Positions 53,692 to 63,112 of a stretch of DNA of 64,000 nt are shown piece by piece. The position numbers and the translations under genes are program-made. Source of the stretch: an uncultured Chloroflexia bacterium (GTDB lineage: Bacteria > Chloroflexota > Limnocylindria > Limnocylindrales > CSP1-4); contig CAVPHR010000006.1 of NCBI GenBank assembly GCA_963704775.1, forward strand, positions 133,391 through 197,390. Direction: 5' to 3'. Below the pieces are notes generated by a model. The model was not told the origin of the DNA and searched no databases. It was given only the letters and a program-made list of their open reading frames with translations. Position 1 is the stretch's first letter, and each line of letters opens with the position of its first letter.

Positions 53692-53830
53692 ATCTGGGCC
53701 GTGGCCATGTCAAGGGGCCTGCAGCGGAGGGCGCCGACCCGGTCCGACACCGAAGGCGGTACGATCGTCGCCATTCGATCACCTCCGGCGTCCCTCGCCG
53801 CCCGGAGTCCGACACCCCAGGAGTCCCAGC

Positions 53831-55165
53831 GTGCCGACCCACGTCCCGACCATCACGTTCAGCGACGACCGCCTCGCGAACGGCCTGCGGGTCATCGTCG
53901 CGGAGGATCATCTCGCCCCGGTCGTCGCGATCAACCTCTGGTACGACGTCGGATCGAAGCATGAGCAGGAAGGACGAACGGGGTTCGCCCATCTCTTCGA
54001 GCACGTGATGTTCCAGGGCTCCAAGCACGTCGCGAAAGCCGAGCACATCGCGCTCGTGCAGGCCGCGGGCGGGACGATGAACGGCTCGACGTGGCTCGAT
54101 CGCACCAACTACTTCGAGACGCTGCCCGCCCACCGGCTGGAGCTCGGACTGTGGCTCGAGGCCGACCGGATGGCGACGCTGCCGGACGCGCTCAGCCAGG
54201 AGAACCTCGACAACCAGCGCGAGGTCGTCAAGAACGAGAAGCGCTCCTCGTACGACAACCGGCCGTACGGGCTGTGGCAGGAGAAGATCCAGGGACATCT
54301 GTTCCCGATCGGGCACCCGTACCACCACCCGACCATCGGCTCGATGGCGGATCTCGACGCCGCCTCGCTCGATGACGTCGTCGCGTTCTTCCGGACCTAC
54401 TACGCCCCGAACAACGCGGTCCTCTCGATCGTCGGGGACGTCGACACCGCAGAGGCGCTGGCTGCCGCCGAGCACTATTTCGGGGAGATCCCCGCGAACC
54501 CGTCCATCCCGAAGCTGGGCGACCTCTCGCTGCCGCCGATCCTCGGGGCCGAGATCCGCGAGACCGTCCGCGACCGGGTCCCGTTGCCGCGCGTCTACGT
54601 GGCGTTCCGGGCGCCCGTCTTCGGCGACCCGCGGCTCGAGGCGCTCGACATGGCCAGCCAGATCCTCGCGGGCGGGAAGGGGAGCCGCCTGGACCGCCGG
54701 CTCGTGCGCACCGAGCGCATCGCCCAGGACGTGGCGCTGTTCAGCCTCGGCTTCGTCGGCGGCGGCTCGATGGTCGCCGGCTGGGCGACCGTCCGGCCCG
54801 GCATCGATCCGGCGCGGGTGGAGGAGGCCTTCCACGAGGAGCTCGCCCGCCTGACCACCGAGCTCGTCACCGACGACGAGCTCGCCCGCGCCCGCGCGCT
54901 CGTAGAGGCGGAGGAGCTCGGCTCCCTCCAGCGTGTCGAGGAGCGGGCCGACCGCCTCTCGATGTACGCGACGCTGTTCGACGACCCGGGCATGATCAAC
55001 ACGATGCTGCCGCGCTACCTCGCGGTGACGCCGGAGGACATCCGGGTCGCCGCCACGGATGTCTTCCGCGTCGACAACAGGGTGGTCCTGACCTACCTTC
55101 CGGACGGGCCGGCGGCCGACGACCAGGCGCTCGACGAGCCCGAGTCCGAGGAGGAAGCCGCATGA
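53831..55165 (+). CDS. M16-family zinc peptidase, active subunit (HxxEH)
   Basis: AGGAG RBS before the GTG. Inverzincin motif GFAHLFEHVMFQGSKH. Confidence 0.8.
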   Translation: MPTHVPTITFSDDRLANGLRVIVAEDHLAPVVAINLWYDVGSKHEQEGRTGFAHLFEHVMFQGSKHVAKAEHIALVQAAGGTMNGSTWLDRTNYFETLPAHRLELGLWLEADRMATLPDALSQENLDNQREVVKNEKRSSYDNRPYGLWQEKIQGHLFPIGHPYHHPTIGSMADLDAASLDDVVAFFRTYYAPNNAVLSIVGDVDTAEALAAAEHYFGEIPANPSIPKLGDLSLPPILGAEIRETVRDRVPLPRVYVAFRAPVFGDPRLEALDMASQILAGGKGSRLDRRLVRTERIAQDVALFSLGFVGGGSMVAGWATVRPGIDPARVEEAFHEELARLTTELVTDDELARARALVEAEELGSLQRVEERADRLSMYATLFDDPGMINTMLPRYLAVTPEDIRVAATDVFRVDNRVVLTYLPDGPAADDQALDEPESEEEAA

Positions 55166-56749
55166 CGGCCTCCGCCGAGCCGCTGCGCGACGGGCCGGTC
55201 ATCGCCGAGCGACCCGTCGCTGGCACCCCACGCCCGTACGAGTTCCCCGAGGTCACCGAGACGCGGCTGGCGTCGGGCCTGCGCATCCTCGTCGCGAACC
55301 TGCCCGGCCGGCCGCTGGTGTCGGCCTCGCTGGTCCTGCCGATCGGTGCCGTCGACGAGCCGGCCGAGGAGGCGGGATCGACCGTGCTGGCCGCCAGGGC
55401 CCTCGCGGAGGGGACCGAGCGCTACGACGCGATCTCCCTGATCGAGGCGACCGAGCGCCTGGGCGCGTCGCTCCACGCGGAGGCCGGCTGGGACGCATTG
55501 ACCGCCGGGCTCGACGTCCCCGCCGATCGGCTGCCGCAGGCCCTCGACCTGCTCGCCGAGGTCATCCTGCACCCGACCTTCCCCGTCGCCGAGGTGGACC
55601 GCCTGCGGGACGAGCGCCTCAACGACCTGCTCCAGGCCAAGGCCGACCCGCGCCGGCGCGTGGAAGAGGCACTGATCAACACGATCTACGCGCCGACCTC
55701 GCCCTATCATCGCCCGGCCGGCGGCACGAGCGACACCGTGGAACGCCTCGATGCCGAGACGCTGCGCCGAGCGTGGTTGCGCGGACTCGACCCGGCCAGG
55801 GCCACCCTCGTCGTCGGCGGGGATCTGGCCGGCCAGGACGTGCCCGGAGATCGCCGAGCGCCTGTTCGGCAGCTGGGTGTCGGGGCCCGACGGCGAACGC
55901 CCCGGTCCGATCGTGGACACGGCGTCCACGTCCGGCCGCCTCGTGCGGGTCATCCACCGACCGGGTTCGGTCCAGACCGAGATCCGGATCGGGCACCGGG
56001 GCCTGCCGCGGCGGGTCTCCGACTTCCACGCGGTCTCGGTCATGAGCGCGATCCTCGGCGGGCTGTTCAACTCCCGGTTGAACATGAAGCTCCGCGAGGA
56101 GAAGGGCTACACGTACGGCGCCAGTGCCGGATTCGAGATGCGACGCGGCGCCGGCCCCTTCGCGGCGCGGGCAGGGGTCAACACCGAGGTCACGATCCCG
56201 GCGATCCTCGACACGATCGCGGAACTGACGCGGATCCGCGACTCGAGCGTCAGCGACGCCGAGCTGGCCGCCGCACGCGACTTCCTCATCGGCGTGTTCC
56301 CGCTGCGCTTCGAGACCGCCTCGGCGGTCGTCGGGGCCCTGTCCGGGCTCGTGGTCCACGGCCTGCCGGTCGAGGAGCTCATCGGCTATCGATCGCGCAT
56401 CGAGGCCGTCGATCCGGCGGCGATCTGGGACGCGGCTCGTGCCCACATCGACCTCGAACGGGCGGCGATCGTGCTCGTGGGCGATGTCGACGCCTTCGGC
56501 CCGGCCCTGGAGGCGGAGGGCCTCGGTCGGATCGTCATCGAACCCGACGACGTCGAGGGCGCGGCCGGTGGTGCCGTCGGCGTGGCGGCAGCGCACGCCG
56601 AACTCGAGGATGATCCGGCCGATGACGCCGCAGGTCCGCTCGACGAGGGGCCGGCGACCGGCCCGACCGCAGGCTCCGAGGAGCCGTCGCTGCCAGGATC
56701 GGGAGACGAGCCGGTGACAGCGGACACCGGGAGCACCTCACCCGACTGA
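55162..56749 (+). pseudogene. M16-family peptidase, non-catalytic partner subunit (no HxxEH), single 1-bp frameshift near 55840
   Basis: ATGA coupling. Both halves are M16-like. An extra C in GTGCCCGGAG separates DLAGQDVP from EIAERLFG. Confidence 0.65.
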
Positions 56750-56824
56750 AACCTTCGGGGCCTGGGCTGTCTCAGGGAGGTAGATGCCGGTCGACCGATC
56801 GGCGACCTCCGGGGAGAGACAAGC

Positions 56825-57331
56825 ATGCATTCCCAAGCTCGATTGATGCGCGGCGTCGCCGTCGCGGTCGTTTCCACGTTCCTGATCGTCGGTGCGGCGT
56901 TCGCCGCCAACGGCGTGCTCACGCCCTCGGGCGCTGACCGCACCCCTCCGACGATCGCGGAGCCCACCGAGACCGCCGAGCCGACCGAGACGGCGGAACC
57001 GACCGAGACGGCCGAGCCGGCCGAGGCTGCCGAGCCGGCCGAGGCCGCGGAGCCCACCGAGACCGCCGAGCCGACCGAGACGGCCGAGCCGACCGAGCAT
57101 CCCAAGGCGGCCAAGACCGCCACGCCCAACGCCAACAGCCGCTCGAACGACCAGGGCGACGAGGACGCCGATGAGAACGACGGCGAGAACGAGGACGCCG
57201 ACGAGAACGACGGCGATGGCGAGCACGAGGACGCCGACGAGAACGACGGCGAGCACGACGGCGACGACGACGGTGAGGACAGCGGCCATGACGGCGGCGA
57301 GGATCACGGCGGCGGCGGCGGCGACGACTGA
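56825..57331 (+). CDS. secreted, intrinsically disordered acidic repeat protein (AEPTET repeats plus an Asp/Glu/Asn/Gly/His-rich tail)
   Basis: GGGGAGAG RBS. Signal peptide VAVAVVSTFLIVGAAFAANG. The rest is low complexity, with an estimated pI about 3. Confidence 0.6.
   Translation: MHSQARLMRGVAVAVVSTFLIVGAAFAANGVLTPSGADRTPPTIAEPTETAEPTETAEPTETAEPAEAAEPAEAAEPTETAEPTETAEPTEHPKAAKTATPNANSRSNDQGDEDADENDGENEDADENDGDGEHEDADENDGEHDGDDDGEDSGHDGGEDHGGGGGDD
56959..57099 (+). repeat. 18-bp tandem repeats (GAGCCGACCGAGACGGCC-like, about 8 copies) encoding (AEPTET)n/(AEPAEA)n
   Basis: Read directly. A near-identical 30-bp stretch recurs in the anti-sigma gene at about 58650-58700. Confidence 0.6.
57150..57300 (+). 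repeat. about 36-bp tandem repeats (GAGGACGCCGACGAGAACGACGGCGA-like) encoding EDADENDGE/DGEHD units
   Basis: Read directly. Confidence 0.5.
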
Positions 57332-57406
57332 CCGGACGGACCCGTCCCACCGACACGGGTGGACGATCAGCATGCGACCCGATGGGTCGGCCCGCCTCAG
57401 CGCATC

Positions 57407-58105
57407 ATGGGGGCGGGCCGACCGACTGCGTCCGACGCAGAAAGGGGCCCCGCCAGCCGGAGACTGTCGATCAGCGATCCAGGAGCCACGCTGCCCGAGC
57501 AGCCCGATGACCGCGCCGGCGACCGAGCGATCGTCGAGGCCGTCCTGGCCGGTGATCGCGATGCCTTCCGCCGCCTGGTCGAGCGAGAGTCCGGTCCTGT
57601 CGTCCGGGCCTGCCACCGGATCCTCGGTGACCTCCACGAGGCCGAGGACGCCGCCCAGGAGGCCTTCGTGACCGCATACCGCTCGCTGGCGAGCTGGCGC
57701 GGGGACGGGCCGTTCGGGGCGTGGCTGACGCGCATCGCCATCCGCATCGCGCTGCGCCAGGCCGGACGCCGCAAGACCGTCACCTGGCGGGACCCGCTCG
57801 CCCATGAGCGCGATCAGTCGGCGGACCCGATCGACGCGGCCATGGACCAGGCCTCACTCGCGGCGACAGGCACGATGGACCCCTCGTCCCTCGCGGTCCG
57901 GGCCGAGCGTGCGACGGACGTCCGGACCGCGGTCGCCTCGCTCCCCGAGCCGTATCGGGAGGTCGTCACGCTGCGGTTCTTCGGGGAGATGAGCCTCGAG
58001 GAGATCGCGGGCGAGACCGGTCGACCCCTCAACACCGTCAAGACACACCTGTACCGCGGCCTGACCCGGCTCCGCGGCGCACTCATCGATGAGGGCGCCC
58101 GATGA
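57407..58105 (+). CDS. ECF-family RNA polymerase sigma-70 factor (start may be GTG 57359 instead)
   Basis: Region 2 (AEDAAQEAFVTAYRSLASWRGDGPFGAWLTRIAIRIA) and region 4 HTH (LPEPYREVVTLRFFGEMSLEEIAGETGRPLNTVKTHLYRGL). Confidence 0.8.
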   Translation: MGAGRPTASDAERGPASRRLSISDPGATLPEQPDDRAGDRAIVEAVLAGDRDAFRRLVERESGPVVRACHRILGDLHEAEDAAQEAFVTAYRSLASWRGDGPFGAWLTRIAIRIALRQAGRRKTVTWRDPLAHERDQSADPIDAAMDQASLAATGTMDPSSLAVRAERATDVRTAVASLPEPYREVVTLRFFGEMSLEEIAGETGRPLNTVKTHLYRGLTRLRGALIDEGAR

Positions 58106-58866
58106 GCGGCATGGGTCGTCGATTCGATCCGGCCGAGATCCGGCCCGACGCGGGTCCTGGCCCGACTGACGCCGAGCTGGCCGAGGCGATGCTGGCCGCC
58201 CGCGAGCTCGAGGCGCTCGGTGCCCGCGACGCCGCGGGCCCGACGGCCGGGTTCGAGGACCGGGTGATGGCCGCGATCGCCACCGAACCGGCGCCCCGCG
58301 TGCTGGTCCGGCCCGGCGGGAACGTGCGCTACGGGCTGCTGGGCGGCTTCGTCATCTCGGTCCGCGACGCGTGGCGGGTGGCGACCGGTGGCGGCCGGCC
58401 CGCGGTCATCCGGGCGCAGGCCCTGGCCTTCGTCCTGCTCGTGGCCCTCGCGACCGGATCGCTCTCGGTGTTCGCGGCCGTCGGCGCGTCGAGCCTCCTG
58501 AGCCCCGGCCGAACGGCGACGCCCAGCTTCCCGATCCGGTCCGCGAGCCCGGCTCCGCCCTCGCCTTCGACTCTGCCGTCTATGGTGCCGTCCCCCTCGC
58601 CGACCCCGTCGCCCTCGAGCAGTCCGACGATCGAGCCGAGCCAGGCCGGCGAACCGGGCACGATCGCGGAACCGACCGACACGGCCGAGCCGACCGAGAA
58701 CGACGAGGCCAAGACCCCGAAGCCGACGAAGGCGCCGAGAACCACTGAGACGCCCGAACCGACGGAGACCGACGAGGCCGAAGGGACCGACGATCACGGC
58801 GGCGGCGACGGCAGTGGTGGTGACGGCGGCGAGGACGACTCGAGCGGACCGGGCGGCGGGGACTGA
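58102..58866 (+). CDS. putative anti-sigma factor: short cytoplasmic N-terminus, one TM, and a disordered Pro/Ser then acidic ectodomain sharing repeats with the 56825 protein
   Basis: ATGA overlap with the sigma gene. TM ALAFVLLVALATGSLSVFAAVGA. Ectodomain ...TIAEPTDTAEPTENDE...DDHGGGDGSGGDGGEDDSSGPGGGD. Confidence 0.55.
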   Translation: MSGMGRRFDPAEIRPDAGPGPTDAELAEAMLAARELEALGARDAAGPTAGFEDRVMAAIATEPAPRVLVRPGGNVRYGLLGGFVISVRDAWRVATGGGRPAVIRAQALAFVLLVALATGSLSVFAAVGASSLLSPGRTATPSFPIRSASPAPPSPSTLPSMVPSPSPTPSPSSSPTIEPSQAGEPGTIAEPTDTAEPTENDEAKTPKPTKAPRTTETPEPTETDEAEGTDDHGGGDGSGGDGGEDDSSGPGGGD

Positions 58867-58904
58867 CACGACGTCGCGAGGTTCGAAGGCGCTAGGCTGA
58901 CGAC

Positions 58905-59471
58905 GTGATCGTCGTCGTCGGCAACCCGACCGCAAAGGCGTCGCCGGCAGGCATCGTCGCCGGTGGCCCGGCCGCCCTGGTGGCTCTGTCAGCGGCCGCA
59001 GCCGGCTCCGAGGTCCAGCTGGTCGCGCGGGTCGTGGACGACCCGGCGGGCGACTCCATGCTCCAGCACCTGACGACGGCCGGCGTGTCGCACGTCGCCA
59101 CGCTCCGTCAGCCCGCGACCCCTGACGGCCCGGTCCTCGAGGCCGCGGACCTCGAGCTCGCACTGCGCTACCTCACGAACGTGGGCGTCCTCGTCCTCGC
59201 CGGCCACGACCCGGGCCTGACGCCCATCGCGGTGGAGGCCGCCGCCTGGAACCACGCGGCGCTCGTCGTCATCCTCCCGCGCGGGGAGGCGATCCCGACG
59301 GACCTGCCGACGGATGCCACCGTGCTGGCCGCGCCGGAGTCGGATCCCGACGGGGCGTTCGGGTCGCTCGTCGGCGCCTATGCCGCCGCGCTCGACCGTG
59401 GCGTGGACGCGGCGACGGCTTTCAAGACGACGATCACCGCCGCCGGCGACTGGTCCAAGGTCGCCGACTAG
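58905..59471 (+). CDS. truncated ribokinase/PfkB-like protein lacking the catalytic anion-hole motif (probable pseudoenzyme or remnant)
   Basis: GTG start. VVVGNP... and GGPAALVA resemble the ribokinase N-terminus. The GAGD motif is replaced by PDGAFGSLVGAYAAALDRG. Only 188 aa. Confidence 0.4.
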   Translation: MIVVVGNPTAKASPAGIVAGGPAALVALSAAAAGSEVQLVARVVDDPAGDSMLQHLTTAGVSHVATLRQPATPDGPVLEAADLELALRYLTNVGVLVLAGHDPGLTPIAVEAAAWNHAALVVILPRGEAIPTDLPTDATVLAAPESDPDGAFGSLVGAYAAALDRGVDAATAFKTTITAAGDWSKVAD

Positions 59472-59473
59472 GG

Positions 59474-60157
59474 TCAGGTCGCGGCGGGCATCAGCGGCTC
59501 GATGAGCGCGGGGCCGTCGCGCCGGACGTCGTTCACGTCGCGAACCACCGGATAGATCGCGAGCTCGATCTCGTCGTTCGGGACAAGGAGCCCGAGCAGC
59601 TCACCGGGGTCCGCCGGGGCCGGTCCGAGCCAGAGGTCCCAGGCGTCGTCGGGGAGCACGACCGGCATCCGGTCGTGCAGGTCGCGCAATGCGTCGTTCG
59701 GGGTGGTGGTCACGATCGTGAAGGTCCGCCGCACGGTCTCGGTCGCGGGATCGCGCCAGCCCGCCCAGAGACCCGCGAGTGCCAGGGGGCGCCCGTCGCT
59801 GCGGATCACGCGGTACGGCTGGCGGACCGTGCCCTCGCGCTTCCACTCGTAGAAGGAGTCGACCGGCACGAGGCAGCGACGCCGCTGGAACGCAGCCCGG
59901 AAGGCCGGGCTGGTGGTCAGCGTCTCGGCACGGGCGTTGAACATCCGGGACGCGACCTTCGCCTCGGTCGCCCAGTGCGGGATGAGACCCCAGCGGTAGG
60001 CCGTGATGGCGCGACGGTCCTCGCGCTGGACGACCACCGATGCCTCGTCGGTCGGAGCGACGTTGTAGTGCCCGCCCGGATCGTCGACGAGCGGCTCCGC
60101 CCCGAAGATCTCGGCCAGCTCCGACGCCGGCCGCTCCTGGGTGAACCGTCCGCACAT
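59474..60157 (-). CDS. SOS-response-associated peptidase (SRAP/YedK/HMCES family)
   Basis: Begins MCGRFTQ (catalytic Cys2). NARAETL and FYEWK motifs present. Confidence 0.8.
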   Translation of the reverse strand: MCGRFTQERPASELAEIFGAEPLVDDPGGHYNVAPTDEASVVVQREDRRAITAYRWGLIPHWATEAKVASRMFNARAETLTTSPAFRAAFQRRRCLVPVDSFYEWKREGTVRQPYRVIRSDGRPLALAGLWAGWRDPATETVRRTFTIVTTTPNDALRDLHDRMPVVLPDDAWDLWLGPAPADPGELLGLLVPNDEIELAIYPVVRDVNDVRRDGPALIEPLMPAAT

Positions 60158-60236
60158 GTCCGCGAGTCTAGCGCCGGACATGGTGCGACCCCCTCGTCGG
60201 CCGGCGAGGGGGTCGTCCGGTGAGAGGCGAAGGAGC

Positions 60237-62471
60237 CTAGGGCAGGATCAGGTGGACGGGATTGCCCCGGATCTGGACCTGCCAGGTCGTGATGTCGGTT
60301 GCGGTCGTTCCGGTACCGGTCATGTTGTAGCGGATCTTCCACCAGCCCGACTGCTGCGCCGTGTAGGTGATCGGGATCGGGATCTGGATCGTGATCCAGC
60401 AGCCGTTGAACCGGCTGTTGCCGCTGGAGTAGGTCACGACGTTGGGCACACCGGTGCCCGCTGAGCTGTTGCAGCTGGACACGCCGCTGTTCGTGGTGCC
60501 CTGGCTCGCGGTGTAGTCGAAGTTGGTGGCGCTCCAGCCCGCAGCCGTCGGGATCAGGATCTCGATGTTGGCATCCTGGTTGGTGTCCCCGGCGTCGAAG
60601 AGCTTGATCTCCATCGTCTTGCCCGCATGGGCCGCCTCGATCTGGGCGAGGTAGAAGGTCGAGGACGCGCCACTCGGCAGTGGCGAGTACATCTCCATCG
60701 CCCCGATCCCGTAGATCTTCGGCGCGGTGCCGGTCGCCTTGGAGAAGATCGCCCAGCCATTGCGTGCGTTGGTCGGCAGCTGGTCACTCGCGTTGCCGGG
60801 GTCGACGGTGCTCGTATGGAGCCGGTAGGTCTTGCCGCCGGCCAGGGTCGATGTCCCGAGCTGGTACCAGCCGAGGTGGTATGCATCGCAGCCGGCGATC
60901 CCTGAGCCACCGGAGCCATTCAGCGTCGGGTCGGAACCATCCTGCTGCTTGAACGTGTTGCCCGAGGTGAACCCGGGCACGAGGACGTCGTCCGTCAGGT
61001 CGTACGGGGTCCCTTGCGTGTCAAACAGGTCGTAGAACGAGCTGACTGGGACCTTGCTGCCGATCCATGTATCGCCCAGGCCCGTCGTCAGTGCACCGGC
61101 GCAGAAGCCTGGGTCGTAGATCCAGACCCCGCCACTCGAGGAACCCGGGGCCATCTCGACGGCGTAGTTGTAGTACTGCACCTGGTCGTAGTTGGGGTTG
61201 TTGACGGCAGGCCCAGGGGCGCCGTCCGTGTCGTATCGGGGAAGGTAGGCGTCGCCGCTGATCGACTCCGCGCCCTGCGTAAGCATCATCCCCCAGAAGC
61301 CTCGAGGGGTGAGGACCTCACTGGCCGGACCGGCAACGTTCGTGTCCGGATGGAAGACGGGCGGATTCGTGACGACGTCCTCGATCCAACGGTAGTAGAC
61401 CCTGATCCGCAGGTGGTCGACGCGCAGGATCCTGGCCGTGGCACAGGTCGTGGACGACGCCTTGAGGGCGGTGATCCTGACCCGGAAGTTGGTGTTGTTC
61501 ATCTCGGATGCCGTCCACGACGCGTGGTTCCACTTGTCGGTGCTGGCGCTTGCGGTCGGGAGGAGCCGAACCACGTCCGTCGCGGTCAGGGCGGGCGTCG
61601 TCTTGAGCCCGGTGCCCGCGCCGGTCGAGAACGTGGTCCCGTTGTTCCAGGAGAGTGCCGCGCTGAACGCGCAGGTGGTCCCGCTCGTGATGCTGTCGAC
61701 GCTCACCTCGGCACTCAGCTCGATGCCGTCGATCGCGCTGACCGTCGGCGGGAACGTGATCCCGCTCGCGCCGCCGAAGTTGCCCCAGTCCTGGGCCGCA
61801 TTGTTGGTGGTCGTGGTCGCCCGGTTGTTGTCCGCGGCATAGACGTTTCCGGTCGTCGTCCAGTTCGGGTTGACCGTGCCCTTGGTCGCGCTCGCATCGA
61901 GCCAGCCCGTGTCGGTCGTCCGGACCGTTGGCGTGTGGACGTCGTCGAAGGTGGTGTAGCCGTTGGCCGTTTGACACGCGGATGGTGCGGTCGTCGTCGT
62001 GGCGCAATGCCGCACGAGGCCGTACACCCCGTAGTAGTTCTCCGGGCTGCCCATCGGGACCGGGAGCACGTACTCGGCCTGTGAGTCGCGGGTCTCCTGG
62101 ATGTTGTTGAACCCGAGGACTCGTGCGAAGAACGTGTTGACCGGTCCGCTGATCTTCACCCGCAGCCGACGGTTGTTCGCGGCGTCCTTGTGGACATCGA
62201 CGATGACACCCCCGGCGCCATTCGTGTAGCCGTTCTTCTGTGCCTCGGCCCTGGCGAGGTCGATCGCGAGGTCCTCGCGACCGGGCAGGCGGATGACCCC
62301 GGCGAGGGCCGCAGCATCCGCGGCACGCTGCATGCGCAGGCTGTTCGACCAGAACCACGACACGTCGATCACGATGGCGCACATCCCGACGAACGCGACG
62401 ATCGCGAGCGCGAAGATGACGACGATCTGGCCGCGCGTACGGGGATGGTGACGAGAGGTTCGCATTGTCAT
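60237..62471 (-). CDS. TadG-like pilus-associated protein (Tad_N/TadE-G-like N-terminus) with a large Thr/Asn/Gly/Ser-rich extracellular region, 744 aa
   Basis: N-terminus RTRGQIVVIFALAIVAFVGMCAIVIDVSWFWSNSLRMQRAADAAALAG is the typical TadG-like leader. ATGA coupling to the upstream TadE-like gene. Confidence 0.65.
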   Translation of the reverse strand: MTMRTSRHHPRTRGQIVVIFALAIVAFVGMCAIVIDVSWFWSNSLRMQRAADAAALAGVIRLPGREDLAIDLARAEAQKNGYTNGAGGVIVDVHKDAANNRRLRVKISGPVNTFFARVLGFNNIQETRDSQAEYVLPVPMGSPENYYGVYGLVRHCATTTTAPSACQTANGYTTFDDVHTPTVRTTDTGWLDASATKGTVNPNWTTTGNVYAADNNRATTTTNNAAQDWGNFGGASGITFPPTVSAIDGIELSAEVSVDSITSGTTCAFSAALSWNNGTTFSTGAGTGLKTTPALTATDVVRLLPTASASTDKWNHASWTASEMNNTNFRVRITALKASSTTCATARILRVDHLRIRVYYRWIEDVVTNPPVFHPDTNVAGPASEVLTPRGFWGMMLTQGAESISGDAYLPRYDTDGAPGPAVNNPNYDQVQYYNYAVEMAPGSSSGGVWIYDPGFCAGALTTGLGDTWIGSKVPVSSFYDLFDTQGTPYDLTDDVLVPGFTSGNTFKQQDGSDPTLNGSGGSGIAGCDAYHLGWYQLGTSTLAGGKTYRLHTSTVDPGNASDQLPTNARNGWAIFSKATGTAPKIYGIGAMEMYSPLPSGASSTFYLAQIEAAHAGKTMEIKLFDAGDTNQDANIEILIPTAAGWSATNFDYTASQGTTNSGVSSCNSSAGTGVPNVVTYSSGNSRFNGCWITIQIPIPITYTAQQSGWWKIRYNMTGTGTTATDITTWQVQIRGNPVHLILP

Positions 62472-63112
62472 TTCCCTGGGTTGAGGGCCATCACGGTGCG
62501 ATCACCGATCGGGATGGTGGTCGGTCCGTTGCCGGAACCGAAGAAACCCACGGCCGCCGAGAGCGGCGTGACGAGCTGGTAGTTGTAGGTCAGGCTCACG
62601 CCGATCGAATCGGGACCGGCGGAGTTGTTGTCGCGCAGGCAGGCACCCCAGCCGGTGGCTCCGGACGGGACGAAGAACAGGTTCCTGCCGTCCACCGATG
62701 GGCCGTTCCCGACCGGGACCCCGGCGACCATCGTCGCGCTGTACACCCACGTGTTGAACGACGTACCGGTGACTTCGCCGTTCGTGCCGGACTTGTAGAT
62801 CTTGATCTCGGCGATCCGGCTGGGTACCACGGCTGAACCCGGGGAGGTGATCACGCGCTGGAGGGCTGCGACGATCTGCTGGTCCACCGTGGCGGCGTTG
62901 GGCGACTGCCCGGCGCTGCAGCCCACGGTCCCGCCGCCGTTGCCGAGCGCGGAGCCGACTCGGGCCCCCTCGCGCGTGGCGTATTCGAGCGTCAGGTGGT
63001 GGTCGAAGACGAACCCGAACTCCATCATGCCGAGCAGGAGCAGCAGGACCACCGTGATGATCATCGAGAACTCGACCAGGCTCTGGCCGCGCTCGCGCCT
63101 GCGACGGATCAC
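62468..63112 (-). CDS. TadE/TadF-like pseudopilin
   Basis: RGQSLVEFSMIITVVLLLLLGMMEFGFVF is a TadE-like N-terminal hydrophobic helix. Confidence 0.65.
   Translation of the reverse strand: MIRRRRERGQSLVEFSMIITVVLLLLLGMMEFGFVFDHHLTLEYATREGARVGSALGNGGGTVGCSAGQSPNAATVDQQIVAALQRVITSPGSAVVPSRIAEIKIYKSGTNGEVTGTSFNTWVYSATMVAGVPVGNGPSVDGRNLFFVPSGATGWGACLRDNNSAGPDSIGVSLTYNYQLVTPLSAAVGFFGSGNGPTTIPIGDRTVMALNPGK

Noticed and set aside
56386-57135. Minus-strand ORF encoding (SAVSVG)n repeats
   Set aside because: Antisense reading of the tandem repeats. The plus-strand gene has an RBS and a signal peptide and is co-oriented with the ECF sigma operon.
56940-57300. Tandem repeats considered as a possible CRISPR array
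   Set aside because: The repeats are contiguous, with no spacers. They are in-frame coding repeats of 18 or 36 bp, and no cas genes are present.
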